A stretch of 64,000 nucleotides of DNA from a virus (Duplodnaviria; Caudoviricetes), in IMG/VR virus record IMGVR_UViG_3300044297_000138, positions 1 to 64,000 of that record; one strand, given 5' to 3'. Each line of letters starts with the position of its first letter. Positions within the stretch are counted from its first letter, which is position 1. The translations under genes were made by a program, and so were the position numbers. The notes beneath the pieces were generated by a model, which saw only the letters and a list, made by a program, of their open reading frames with translations, made no database searches and was not told the origin of the DNA. Shown here one piece after another: positions 40,896 through 50,478 of the stretch.

Positions 40896-40903
40896 AATAA
40901 ATA
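40896..40903 (+). promoter_or_regulatory. Late promoter AATAAATA
   Basis: NATAAATA in the intergenic gap before the LamG gene. Confidence 0.55.
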
Positions 40904-40927
40904 TTTGTAGTGTTTTAAGAGAAAATA

Positions 40928-43900
40928 ATGACAACAAAAATTTCCGTTTACAATTTGGGTCCATCAGTCACAACAGCAATTGGTTCTGGTGGTGGTCCAA
41001 AAATACAAACAATCGTTTATCCAGGAAATGACACCGCAGTTAATACGGCTGGCGGTGATGTTGTTATTTTAACTGGTAGTGGTTTTGTTACTGGATGTAC
41101 TATCGTTATCAATGGTTCACTAGCAGGTTCAGTAACATTCAACAGTTCATCAAATGTCCAGTTCACCGCACCTGCACAATCTTCTGGTGGTTATCCAATT
41201 TATTTGGTGAATCCAGATGGTGGTACAGCGATTGCTGTTCCTGGTCTCCAATATAGTGGTGTTCCAAATTGGTCAACAGCGGCAGGTACTTTAGGTTCTG
41301 TATATGAAACAACTGGATTTGCAAATACAGTAATTGCTTCTGGTGATGCACCAATCACATATAGTGTTTATAGTGGTTCATTGCCTACTGGCGCATCTTT
41401 GAATTCTTCAAACGGATACATCAGCGGCACAAGTTCTGCAACAGCCAGTTCAACCACATATAACTTTACCATCAGAGCAACAGACGCACAAAACCAAGAT
41501 ACAGACCGTGCGTTCTCCTTGACAGTTAACCCTGATGTGGTCACATGGAGCAGTCCTGCAAATAACGTAGTATATTCAGTTGGTCAAAACTCTGCAATTT
41601 CAAACGTGTCGTTGACAGCCACAAGTGCGGCAGGTTATGGTGTTCAGTATTCAGCGAACACATTGCCAACAGGATTAACTTTAAGTGGTAGTACAATCAG
41701 CGGAACACCTACTGTTCTTGGAAATACAAATTCATTGATTACTGCAACATCAAACACAACAAGCAGAACTGCACAACAGATTATTAATTGGGTTGTTACT
41801 GTTGGTGGAGATTTGTATATGCCATATGTGGCCACACTATTAAGTGCAAACACAAGTACGAGCACATACATCAGTGATGCAAGCACAAACAATTTTGCAA
41901 TTACACCAGTTGGATCAGTAAAACCAAATAACTTTAATCCACTTCAAGGTGGTTATTATAGTAATTATTTTGATGGTAGCACAAGTGCACTAACATTCAG
42001 TAATCCCACGGCCTTAGGCAGTGGAAGTTTTACCATGGAATGTTGGGTTTATTTGTTAGGCACGCCAAGTGTAAACTATTGGATCTATGGTTATAGAAAC
42101 GGTGCTGATACAAGTCCATACTTATTCATTAATAGTTCAAGAGTGCCCATATTTGGTGGCGATATCAGTAACTTTGTCACCGGTACAGCCATACCTCTTA
42201 ATACTTGGACACATATAGCAGTGGTTAGAAATGGCACTGCAATGACCCTATATCAAAACGGTGTTAGCACCGCTACGGCCACAACCAGTCAAAATTTTAG
42301 TTATACTGGCTCCAACGGAATTGGAAAATCTATAACCTCCACTGCTTATTACCTAAACGGCTATATTTCTAATTTTAGAATCGTTTCGGGCACTGCGGTT
42401 TATACTAGTGCCTTTACTCCGCCTACTGCACCTCTCACAGCCATTTCTGGTACAAATTTATTGACCTGTCAAAGTTACAACTTCTTAGATAATAGTACAA
42501 ATGCTATAGCAATTACCAACACTGGATCACAAATATCAAGTTACATACCATTTGTACCCGGCAGCAGTTATGCAACATATGGTTCAACATATTTTAATGG
42601 TAGTACGGATTATTCAACCGTTGCTGATAACGCATCACTACAGATGGGATCATCAGATTTTACATATGAGGCCTGGATTTATCCAACTTCGGCACCAAAT
42701 GCTTATAACTCAATTTTTTACAAACGTGCCAGTAGTGCAAATTACTCAGGTGTTGGAATAGCTATTAAAAGCACAGGAGTTTTTTCTGTATTGGTAGCTA
42801 GTAATTCTTCAACATGGGGAATTGCAGATGAAAGTTCGGCTACCTTTCAATTAAATGTATGGCAACATATTGCTGTTGTTAGAAGCGGAAGTAATTTTTA
42901 TTTTTATGTAAATGGTGTCCGAAAAATAAGCACCACTATTGCTTTTAGTGTGTATGATAGTGGTGCAGCACAAGCAATTGGATGCGGAGCAGCGGATGGA
43001 TCCCAACCATTTACTGGTTATATTAATGGTGTCAGAATTGTAAAAGGAACAGCTATTTACACAGCGGCATCTTTTACGCCACCGGCCGCACCACTAACCG
43101 CAGTTGCAAATACAAGTTTGTTGACCTACCAAAACAACACGCCTGTAACAAGCAGCGTTTTTGTTGACAACAGCACTAACAACTTTCCAATCACACGCAA
43201 CGGTGACACAAACGCAGGAACATTTAGTCCTTATGGTGCAGGTTGGAGTAATTATTTTAATGGTAGTGGAGATTATTTGTCGTTTCCGTATAACAGCACT
43301 AATTTTCAATTTGCTGGAGATTTTACTGTTGAGTGTTGGGTAAATTTAACCGCTCGACTTGTATCTTATCCAACGATATTTTCAAATTATAGTACGTTCG
43401 CAGCCAACGGACTTCTTGCTCTTTTTGCTGGGCATGCCGCCTCTACAACCAAGTATTCTGTTTCAATTAACGGGACTGATGGTGTTTTGGTGAGTTCTTC
43501 CACAATTTCATATGGGACATGGACACATCTTGCAATTTCCCGTAGTGGTAGCACAGTTAAACTTTTTGTAAACGGAGCGGTTGAGGCAACTGCAACGAAC
43601 TCAACAACTATTACAGGAACTTCTAACTCATGGTGGATTTCTGCTGCCGGTGATGCGCCTACAACAACAAATATACAGGGGTATATCAGCAACTTCCGCA
43701 TAGTAAAAGGCACCGCACTCTATACCGCAGCATTTACACCAGGCACCTCGCCATTGCAAGCGATTGCAAATACAAGTGTGTTGACATGCCAAAGTCCAAA
43801 TTTTGTAGATAATAGTGGTAACAACTTTGCGTTAACAGTAAACGGATCACCCAAGGTATACAAATATAATCCATTCGGAATCACAACATTATCTACACCA

Positions 43901-45778
43901 TACTATGGTGCGTATTTTAATGGTAGTTCGGATTATTTGACTCTTCCAGCAAACTCCGCATTTAGTTTAGGAACAGGAGATTTTACATTTGAAGCCTGGG
44001 TGTTTCCTACAGGAACAAATGCATCAGCTATGCCTATCATTGAAATAAGAACATCTGGAGCCAATGCAACTGGAATAGCATTTTTAAGAACAGGTAATGC
44101 ATCAACATTAAATGTTTATACAAACGGAGCTTTTGTTGGAGCGTCATCATCTTCATTAACATTAAATGCATGGAATCATGTTGCGTTAGTTAGAAGTGGA
44201 AGTGGAAGTAACAACTGCACATATTATATAAATGGAACAGCAGCTGGCACATTTACAAATACAGCAAACCTTACTGACGGATCAACCACTGGACCTAAGA
44301 TTGGTGGATCCACATCAGCAGGTGAAGTCTGGATAGGGAGCATGTCTAATGTTCGTATAACTAAAGGACAGGCACTGTACACTGGAACATTTACTCCTAG
44401 TACCTCACCGTTGACTACAACAAGCCAAGGTGCAACAGCAAGTAATGTGAGTGCATTGATTTTGCAAAATTCCACATTCATTGATAATTCACCAAATAAC
44501 TTTGCAGTTACAGCAGCCACAACCACAGTTAAACCAACAAGATTTAGTCCATTCACATTAAGTTATTCTACACAACAACAATACAGTTCAACTGTGTTGG
44601 ATGGCAGTGCATATTTTGATGGTACTGGAGACAATTTGACTATACCTACAAATGCTGCCTTTGAAATTGGTAGTGGAACTTTTACCATAGAACTATGGAT
44701 AAATCCATCGTCGCTTAAAGGTTATCAAGGTATCTTGGGCAAAACTGGTGCGGCTGATTTAAACGGGTGGATTTTATATTTTGAAACAAATAATTCCATA
44801 AACTTTAACACAGGTAATGGTAGCTGGACCGTGTCTTTGAATGGCGGTGCGGTTGTACCACTTAACCAATGGACTCATGTTGCTGTAACCAAAGATTCTA
44901 GCAATGTTTATAGATTGTTCGTTAACGGCAATCAAGTGGCCACCACTACAAATGCACTTACAACCAACACTACCTCTGGTTTATTTTACATAGGTAAATG
45001 GCCTTACTTTCCTAGCTATGCATCCACCATGGACTTTGGTGGATATATGAGCAACATTCGTATAATTAAAGGTACAGCACTCTATACCAGCGCCTTTGTG
45101 CCACCTACATCACCCGTAACACCAGTACAAAATACAACATTGTTAGTGAGTGCTGCAAATGGTGGTATCATTGACAGCAGTATGCAAACAAACTTTGAAA
45201 CATTTGGAGATGCAAGAATTTCAACCGCTGTTACAAAATTTACCGGTGGTTCTAGCATATATTTTGATGGTACTGGGGATTATTTAACTACATCATTGAA
45301 TCAAAATTTACAATTTGGAACTGGAGATTTCACCGTAGAATGTTGGTCATATCTTCTAAGCAAAGTTACAAATTATCCATGTATTTTTGGTAATTACAAC
45401 AGTTATACAACCGGCGCTTTGTCTTTATTTGCAGGACACAATTCCGGCACCAACACACTATATCAAGTTGCTGTTAACGGAGCTACTTTCCCAGTTATTC
45501 AAAGCACCACAGCAATATCATATAACAACTGGGTACATCTAGCAGTAGTTAGAAGTAGTGGTGTCATCACTTTATATGTTAATGGTGTGGCCAACGGAAC
45601 ATATTCATTCTCCGGTGCGTTGAACGGAGTTGGTTCAAATTTCTGTATTGGTACTGCTTTTGATAACATTACGAACGGTTACATCAATGGTTACCTAAGT
45701 GATTTCCGTGTGACAAAAGGTTATGCTCGTTATACCGCAAACTTCACACCATCAACAGTTCCATTTAGTCCTCGTTGA
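40928..45778 (+). CDS. IPT/Ig-like plus six LamG (ConA-like) domain adhesin
   Basis: Six YF(D/N)G..(D)YL...G..DFT.E.W...W.H.A..R...GY.S..R..KG.A.YT..FTP units; LP.G.(S/T)L...G.ISG Ig-like repeats; IPT-like N-terminus. Confidence 0.88.
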   Translation: MTTKISVYNLGPSVTTAIGSGGGPKIQTIVYPGNDTAVNTAGGDVVILTGSGFVTGCTIVINGSLAGSVTFNSSSNVQFTAPAQSSGGYPIYLVNPDGGTAIAVPGLQYSGVPNWSTAAGTLGSVYETTGFANTVIASGDAPITYSVYSGSLPTGASLNSSNGYISGTSSATASSTTYNFTIRATDAQNQDTDRAFSLTVNPDVVTWSSPANNVVYSVGQNSAISNVSLTATSAAGYGVQYSANTLPTGLTLSGSTISGTPTVLGNTNSLITATSNTTSRTAQQIINWVVTVGGDLYMPYVATLLSANTSTSTYISDASTNNFAITPVGSVKPNNFNPLQGGYYSNYFDGSTSALTFSNPTALGSGSFTMECWVYLLGTPSVNYWIYGYRNGADTSPYLFINSSRVPIFGGDISNFVTGTAIPLNTWTHIAVVRNGTAMTLYQNGVSTATATTSQNFSYTGSNGIGKSITSTAYYLNGYISNFRIVSGTAVYTSAFTPPTAPLTAISGTNLLTCQSYNFLDNSTNAIAITNTGSQISSYIPFVPGSSYATYGSTYFNGSTDYSTVADNASLQMGSSDFTYEAWIYPTSAPNAYNSIFYKRASSANYSGVGIAIKSTGVFSVLVASNSSTWGIADESSATFQLNVWQHIAVVRSGSNFYFYVNGVRKISTTIAFSVYDSGAAQAIGCGAADGSQPFTGYINGVRIVKGTAIYTAASFTPPAAPLTAVANTSLLTYQNNTPVTSSVFVDNSTNNFPITRNGDTNAGTFSPYGAGWSNYFNGSGDYLSFPYNSTNFQFAGDFTVECWVNLTARLVSYPTIFSNYSTFAANGLLALFAGHAASTTKYSVSINGTDGVLVSSSTISYGTWTHLAISRSGSTVKLFVNGAVEATATNSTTITGTSNSWWISAAGDAPTTTNIQGYISNFRIVKGTALYTAAFTPGTSPLQAIANTSVLTCQSPNFVDNSGNNFALTVNGSPKVYKYNPFGITTLSTPYYGAYFNGSSDYLTLPANSAFSLGTGDFTFEAWVFPTGTNASAMPIIEIRTSGANATGIAFLRTGNASTLNVYTNGAFVGASSSSLTLNAWNHVALVRSGSGSNNCTYYINGTAAGTFTNTANLTDGSTTGPKIGGSTSAGEVWIGSMSNVRITKGQALYTGTFTPSTSPLTTTSQGATASNVSALILQNSTFIDNSPNNFAVTAATTTVKPTRFSPFTLSYSTQQQYSSTVLDGSAYFDGTGDNLTIPTNAAFEIGSGTFTIELWINPSSLKGYQGILGKTGAADLNGWILYFETNNSINFNTGNGSWTVSLNGGAVVPLNQWTHVAVTKDSSNVYRLFVNGNQVATTTNALTTNTTSGLFYIGKWPYFPSYASTMDFGGYMSNIRIIKGTALYTSAFVPPTSPVTPVQNTTLLVSAANGGIIDSSMQTNFETFGDARISTAVTKFTGGSSIYFDGTGDYLTTSLNQNLQFGTGDFTVECWSYLLSKVTNYPCIFGNYNSYTTGALSLFAGHNSGTNTLYQVAVNGATFPVIQSTTAISYNNWVHLAVVRSSGVITLYVNGVANGTYSFSGALNGVGSNFCIGTAFDNITNGYINGYLSDFRVTKGYARYTANFTPSTVPFSPR

Positions 45779-45784
45779 TAAATA
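45777..45784 (+). promoter_or_regulatory. Late promoter GATAAATA
   Basis: NATAAATA upstream of the 45809 ORF. Confidence 0.55.
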
Positions 45785-45808
45785 TTATATAATTTAATTT
45801 AACAAAAC

Positions 45809-46354
45809 ATGGCATTAACATTTATTAAATCAACAGGAATAGCAAACAGCCAAGCGTATGTCTTTGGCTCAGCCAACGTTACGGGAAACGTAGTCGCTGG
45901 CTCCGTCCTAACAAATAGTTTGTTATATGCCAATGGTTCTCCTTATGTTACTGCTAGTGGCGGCGGTAGTAGCGGCAGCACAATTTACAGCCGTTCAAGC
46001 CAAACTGCAACGGCAAACCAAAATACGTTTACAGTTGCATATACAACAGGTGCACCATTAGAAGTATTCTTAAACGGCGTATTATTAAATAGTGCAGACT
46101 ATAGTGCAACAAACGGAACAACAATTGTATTGACTGATGTTGCAGTAGCAAACGATTTAATTGAATTTGTTACATATAGCAACACTTCAATATCCAGCCT
46201 TACAATGGCTAACGTAGCAACAATAAATAGTACGAACTTAACATCCAACTTAACAATTTCCGCAGGTTATAGTGCAATGAGTGTGGGTCCATTAAGCATT
46301 GCAAACAACGTAGTCATCAGCATAGCTAGCGGACAGAAATGGGTGATATTGTAA
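45809..46354 (+). CDS. Small fibre adaptor-like protein
   Basis: A...Q.TF...Y......VFLNGV.L...DY.A.NGT.I.L domain; C-terminal SA.S.GP......V.I..G..WVIL domain. Confidence 0.7.
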   Translation: MALTFIKSTGIANSQAYVFGSANVTGNVVAGSVLTNSLLYANGSPYVTASGGGSSGSTIYSRSSQTATANQNTFTVAYTTGAPLEVFLNGVLLNSADYSATNGTTIVLTDVAVANDLIEFVTYSNTSISSLTMANVATINSTNLTSNLTISAGYSAMSVGPLSIANNVVISIASGQKWVIL

Positions 46355-46355
46355 A

Positions 46356-47366
46356 ATGGCAACCAAAGCAAGACAATTAGGATCTATAGTCGCCACGGGC
46401 GGCAGTGTTATTACCGAAATTGGTACTACTGCTCAGCGATCATCATCACCATCAAATGGTGCTATGCGTATTAATACTTCAACAGGATATCTAGAAATTT
46501 ATTATAATGGTATTTGGTCAACAATTAAAAACCTAGCCCCTCCTGTTTTCAGTTCAGGAGGAAATGGTATACTTTCTTCTAGCGGTCTTTATAATTATTA
46601 CACATTTAGCACAACAGGCAACACATCCATTACATTGTCCACAGGAGGACAAGTTGATATTTTTGCAGTAGGTGGTGGCGGTGGTGGCGGCGGAACTGAT
46701 GCATCAATTTATGGTGCTGGTGGCGGCGGTGGAGCCGCAGTTATTGGCACTTTCACACTCGCTGCCGGAACTTATACCGTATCTGTTGGTGGTGGAGGCG
46801 GTGCAGGATCATCCAACGTCACAGGTACAGGAGGTGGTGCGGCCGGAGCAAATGGAGGCGGCGCAGGCGGAAATGCCGGTGGCAGCGGTGCTTCTGGTGG
46901 AGGCGGAGGTGGTGGAGGTTGGTCTGGAATCCGAGATAGCAACGGAAATTTTTTACTTGTGGCCGGCGGCGGTGCAGGTGGCGGCGGCTCAAACGAAGGT
47001 GTTGCAAATGATGTGGCAACCGCTGGCGGCGGCGTTCAAAATAACGGCGCCAATGGCACCAATAGTACCGGCGCTAACGGATCCGCATATAGCGGCGATG
47101 GCGGTGGCTGGGGTGGTGGTGGCGGTGGATATTATGGCGGTGCAGGACAAAACACTACAAGTGGCGCAAGCAGTGGAGGTGGAAATTATAATACAGGAAC
47201 AAATACATCATCAGCAAATGGAAATTCCGGTAGCGTAGGAAGCAGTTCGCCTGTTTCCGGTGGTGGTGTACCTAATACACAGTTCACAACTTGGAGTGGA
47301 ACTGGTGGAGCAGGCGGAAGTTCTGCTTCCAATGGCAGTAATGGTCTAGTAATAATAAGATGGTAA
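46356..47366 (+). CDS. Glycine-rich adhesin-like protein 1
   Basis: GTTAQR...P..G..R.NT..G..E.Y motif; VGGGGGGG...GGGGG; ends GLVIIRW. Confidence 0.8.
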   Translation: MATKARQLGSIVATGGSVITEIGTTAQRSSSPSNGAMRINTSTGYLEIYYNGIWSTIKNLAPPVFSSGGNGILSSSGLYNYYTFSTTGNTSITLSTGGQVDIFAVGGGGGGGGTDASIYGAGGGGGAAVIGTFTLAAGTYTVSVGGGGGAGSSNVTGTGGGAAGANGGGAGGNAGGSGASGGGGGGGGWSGIRDSNGNFLLVAGGGAGGGGSNEGVANDVATAGGGVQNNGANGTNSTGANGSAYSGDGGGWGGGGGGYYGGAGQNTTSGASSGGGNYNTGTNTSSANGNSGSVGSSSPVSGGGVPNTQFTTWSGTGGAGGSSASNGSNGLVIIRW

Positions 47367-47401
47367 ATTCTATTAATTTGATAACATATACAGCATAAAT
47401 C

Positions 47402-48055
47402 ATGGCAAGCATAATCAACGCATCAACAACATCCACATCAGGCCTAGTATATTCGGCTGATGCCAGCGGAGTATTGCAGTTACAAAGTAATGGTACAACT
47501 GGTTTGACAGTAGATACCGCAGCCAACGTTTCAACCGCAAACTTATCAGTAACAGGCACTTTAACTGTGGCTGGTAATGTAATAGCAAAAAGTTTTTCAA
47601 CTGTTCAAACTACTACTTCAGGAACAAGTAAAGATTTCACCGGCATACCAAGTTGGGCTAAAAAAGTTACATTCATGTATTATAATTGCCAGACCAACGG
47701 AACTTCCAATCCAATCATTCAATTAGGCACCAGCGGAGGCGTTGTCACTAGTGGTTATATAAGCTCAGGAGCAGCTACCAACGGTGGAGCAGGTTCGTCA
47801 GCACAATATACGAATGGATTTGGTCTAGGTGGTGGCGTCGCAGCAACGAGTATATGGTCGGGAATAATGACTATTATGAATATTTCAGGCAACACTTGGG
47901 TGGCTTCAACAAGCGGCGCATATAACGATGCATCTTATGTTAGTGCGGGTGGAGGATACGTAACTCTAAGTGGTCCGTTAACTAGTATTAGATACACTAC
48001 AGTTGGTGGAACCAGTACATTGACTGCTGGAAACACCAACATCATGTATGAATAA
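47402..48055 (+). CDS. Fibre-tip-like hypothetical protein
   Basis: AD.SG.L.LQ.NGTT N-terminus; beta-rich C-terminal domain TTSGT..DFTGIPSW.K. Confidence 0.75.
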   Translation: MASIINASTTSTSGLVYSADASGVLQLQSNGTTGLTVDTAANVSTANLSVTGTLTVAGNVIAKSFSTVQTTTSGTSKDFTGIPSWAKKVTFMYYNCQTNGTSNPIIQLGTSGGVVTSGYISSGAATNGGAGSSAQYTNGFGLGGGVAATSIWSGIMTIMNISGNTWVASTSGAYNDASYVSAGGGYVTLSGPLTSIRYTTVGGTSTLTAGNTNIMYE

Positions 48056-48064
48056 GGATTAATC

Positions 48065-49081
48065 ATGCCATACGGAACATTAGCAACAGACGCAATATCA
48101 ACATCAGGTAATTTGGCAGTTACAGGTAATGTAACAATATCCGGATCTTTAACTTTAGGAACATGGACTACTGCTGGACGTCCGAGTAGTCCAAGTAATG
48201 GTCAAATGGGATTAAACACCACTTTGGGATATATTGAGTGGTATAGTTCAACATTTTCATCGTGGTTTCCAATTTATCAAGCCGCAACATACACCGCAAA
48301 TTATTTGATAGTAGCTGGCGGAGGCGGTGGCGGTAGATATTACGGTGGTGCTGGCGGTGCCGGCGGCCTTTTGAGTGGCATAACAAATTTATCGTTAGGA
48401 ACAACATATAGTTTTATTGTTGGTGGTGGTGGAGCAGGTAACAATGGCCAAACAGCTACTACTAATATGATTGGTACTCAAGGCACTTCATCTACAGGAT
48501 TAGGTTTAACTGCTATCGGTGGTGGTGCCGGTAACGGAAGTAATAGTGGAGGATACACCGGTGGATCCGGTGGTTCTGGTGGTGGATCCGGCGGCACAGG
48601 TAGTACTGCAACAGGTGGTTCTGGAACAAGCGGACAAGGAAATGCTGGTGGTACTGCAAGCGGCAGTGGTGGCGGCGGCGGAGGAGGTGCTGGTGGTGCT
48701 GGCGCAAACGGCGCAACCAACACAGGCGGTGCAGGCGGTGTTGGCCTTGCTTCCACAATTACAGGATCTTCTGTGTATTATGCCGGCGGCGGCGGTGGTT
48801 CATCCGCTACTATTGGTACAGGTGGTTCTGGTGGAGGTGGAAACGGCGCAAACGATTCACAAGCAGGTACTGCCGGATCAACAAACACTGGTGGTGGAGG
48901 CGGCGGTGGTTCTTTTGCTAGCGCATCAAATTTTCCAGGTTCAGCTGGTGGTTCAGGAGTTATAATTCTTTCGGTACCTACTGTTTATTATACTGGAAAC
49001 ACAACAGGTTCACCTACAGTTACAACAAGTGGTTCAAATACTATTTTAAAATTTACTTCTTCAGGATCATACACGGCATAA
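48065..49081 (+). CDS. Glycine-rich adhesin-like protein 2
   Basis: WTTAGRPS.P.N.Q.G.NTT; YLIVAGGGGGG; YYAGGGGG; ends FTSSGSYTA. Confidence 0.8.
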   Translation: MPYGTLATDAISTSGNLAVTGNVTISGSLTLGTWTTAGRPSSPSNGQMGLNTTLGYIEWYSSTFSSWFPIYQAATYTANYLIVAGGGGGGRYYGGAGGAGGLLSGITNLSLGTTYSFIVGGGGAGNNGQTATTNMIGTQGTSSTGLGLTAIGGGAGNGSNSGGYTGGSGGSGGGSGGTGSTATGGSGTSGQGNAGGTASGSGGGGGGGAGGAGANGATNTGGAGGVGLASTITGSSVYYAGGGGGSSATIGTGGSGGGGNGANDSQAGTAGSTNTGGGGGGGSFASASNFPGSAGGSGVIILSVPTVYYTGNTTGSPTVTTSGSNTILKFTSSGSYTA

Positions 49082-49084
49082 ATC

Positions 49085-50065
49085 ATGGCACTAATACTAG
49101 ACGGCACAAATGGAATAACATTACCAACATGGACTACTGCTGGACGTCCGAGTAATCCTAGTAATGCTCAAATAGGTTTTAATACTACATTAGGATATCC
49201 TGAATGGTATAGTTCATCATATTCTAGTTGGTTTCCGGTGTTTCAAGGCCCTCAGTACAGCATTGATTATTTGATAGTCGCTGGTGGCGGTGGTGGTGGC
49301 CAAACAATTGGTGGTGGAGGAGGTGCCGGAGGATATTTAACATCATCAGGCATTGTCAATGTTACTCCTCTGACAGCATATACTATAACTATTGGTGCTG
49401 GCGGTGCAGGAGCAGCAGGTAGTGGCACTTACAGTAGTGGAGGTGGTACTGTTGGATCAAACTCATCCGTGATAATCTCTAGCACCGTTACAGCAATTGG
49501 CGGCGGCGGCGGAGGTAACTATAGCGATGCTAGCAATGGATCTACTTCTGGCGGCTCAGGTGGTGGCGCCGGTGCAGGTCCATACGGTGCAGGTTCGTCT
49601 GGAACGGCAGGACAAGGTAATGCAGGTGGACCTGCAAATAATAATACAAATGATGGTGGCGGTGGAGGTGGCGCAGGCGCAGTTGGCGGCACCGCTACTA
49701 ACGGTACCGCTGGTGCTGGTGGCGCTGGCTTAAATTGGCAAAGTTTAGGTACTTATTACGCAGGCGGCGGTGGAGGTGGTGCAAGAAACCCAGGCGGTAA
49801 TGCTGGCGGTGCCGGTGGTAACGGAGGTGGTGGAGCAGGTGGATACGCAGCCACAGGCACCGCCGGAACTGTTAATACTGGCGGTGGTGGTGGAGGTGGT
49901 GGATATAACAACTCTGGAGCTGCTCAATACGGAGGTGGTGCAGGTGGTTCTGGTGTTGTTATTATTCGTTACGCCGGAACACAAAAAGGCACAGGAGGCA
50001 CAATCACTTCTTCAGGTGGATATACATATCATACCTTCACCAGTTCAGGAACATATACGGCATAA
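49085..50065 (+). CDS. Glycine-rich adhesin-like protein 3
   Basis: Paralog of 48065; ends HTFTSSGTYTA. Confidence 0.8.
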   Translation: MALILDGTNGITLPTWTTAGRPSNPSNAQIGFNTTLGYPEWYSSSYSSWFPVFQGPQYSIDYLIVAGGGGGGQTIGGGGGAGGYLTSSGIVNVTPLTAYTITIGAGGAGAAGSGTYSSGGGTVGSNSSVIISSTVTAIGGGGGGNYSDASNGSTSGGSGGGAGAGPYGAGSSGTAGQGNAGGPANNNTNDGGGGGGAGAVGGTATNGTAGAGGAGLNWQSLGTYYAGGGGGGARNPGGNAGGAGGNGGGGAGGYAATGTAGTVNTGGGGGGGGYNNSGAAQYGGGAGGSGVVIIRYAGTQKGTGGTITSSGGYTYHTFTSSGTYTA

Positions 50066-50073
50066 GATAAATA
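50066..50073 (+). promoter_or_regulatory. Late promoter GATAAATA
   Basis: NATAAATA just after the 49085 ORF stop. Confidence 0.55.
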
Positions 50074-50111
50074 ATTGTTTAACACTTAAACTTTTTTTAA
50101 CGAGGAAAAAC

Positions 50112-50477
50112 ATGGCACATTTTGCACAATTGGATGATAATAACATTGTAACACAAGTAATTGTTGTTGGTAATGGTGAACTGCTAGATGAGAATGGTGT
50201 GGAACAAGAGAGCAAAGGCATTGCTTTCTGCCAATCACTTCTCGGTGGAAACTGGAAACAAACAAGTTACAATGCAAACATTAGAAAGAACTATGCAGGT
50301 ATTGGTTACACATACGATGCCGATAGAGATGCTTTCATTCCATCTAAGCCTTTCAACAGTTGGATTCTAAACGAAGATACTTGCCAATGGGAAGCACCTG
50401 TTGCAAGACCGGATGACGGAAAGTTTTATGTTTGGAATGAAGAAACAACTTCTTGGGATGTAGTTGTAATAGAATAA
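50112..50477 (+). CDS. Acidic small protein within the glycine-rich array (fibre-assembly-like)
   Basis: GAGG SD then ATG at 50112: MAHFAQLDDNNIVTQVIVV...WKQTSYN...RKNYAGIGYTYD..RDAFI..KPF.SW.L.E.TC.WEAP...W.E....W. Confidence 0.8.
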   Translation: MAHFAQLDDNNIVTQVIVVGNGELLDENGVEQESKGIAFCQSLLGGNWKQTSYNANIRKNYAGIGYTYDADRDAFIPSKPFNSWILNEDTCQWEAPVARPDDGKFYVWNEETTSWDVVVIE

Positions 50478-50478
50478 A

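Noticed and set aside
49770-50111. N-terminal extension of the 49770-50477 ORF
   Set aside because: Overlaps glycine-rich gene 3 out of frame; SD and recognisable sequence start at ATG 50112.
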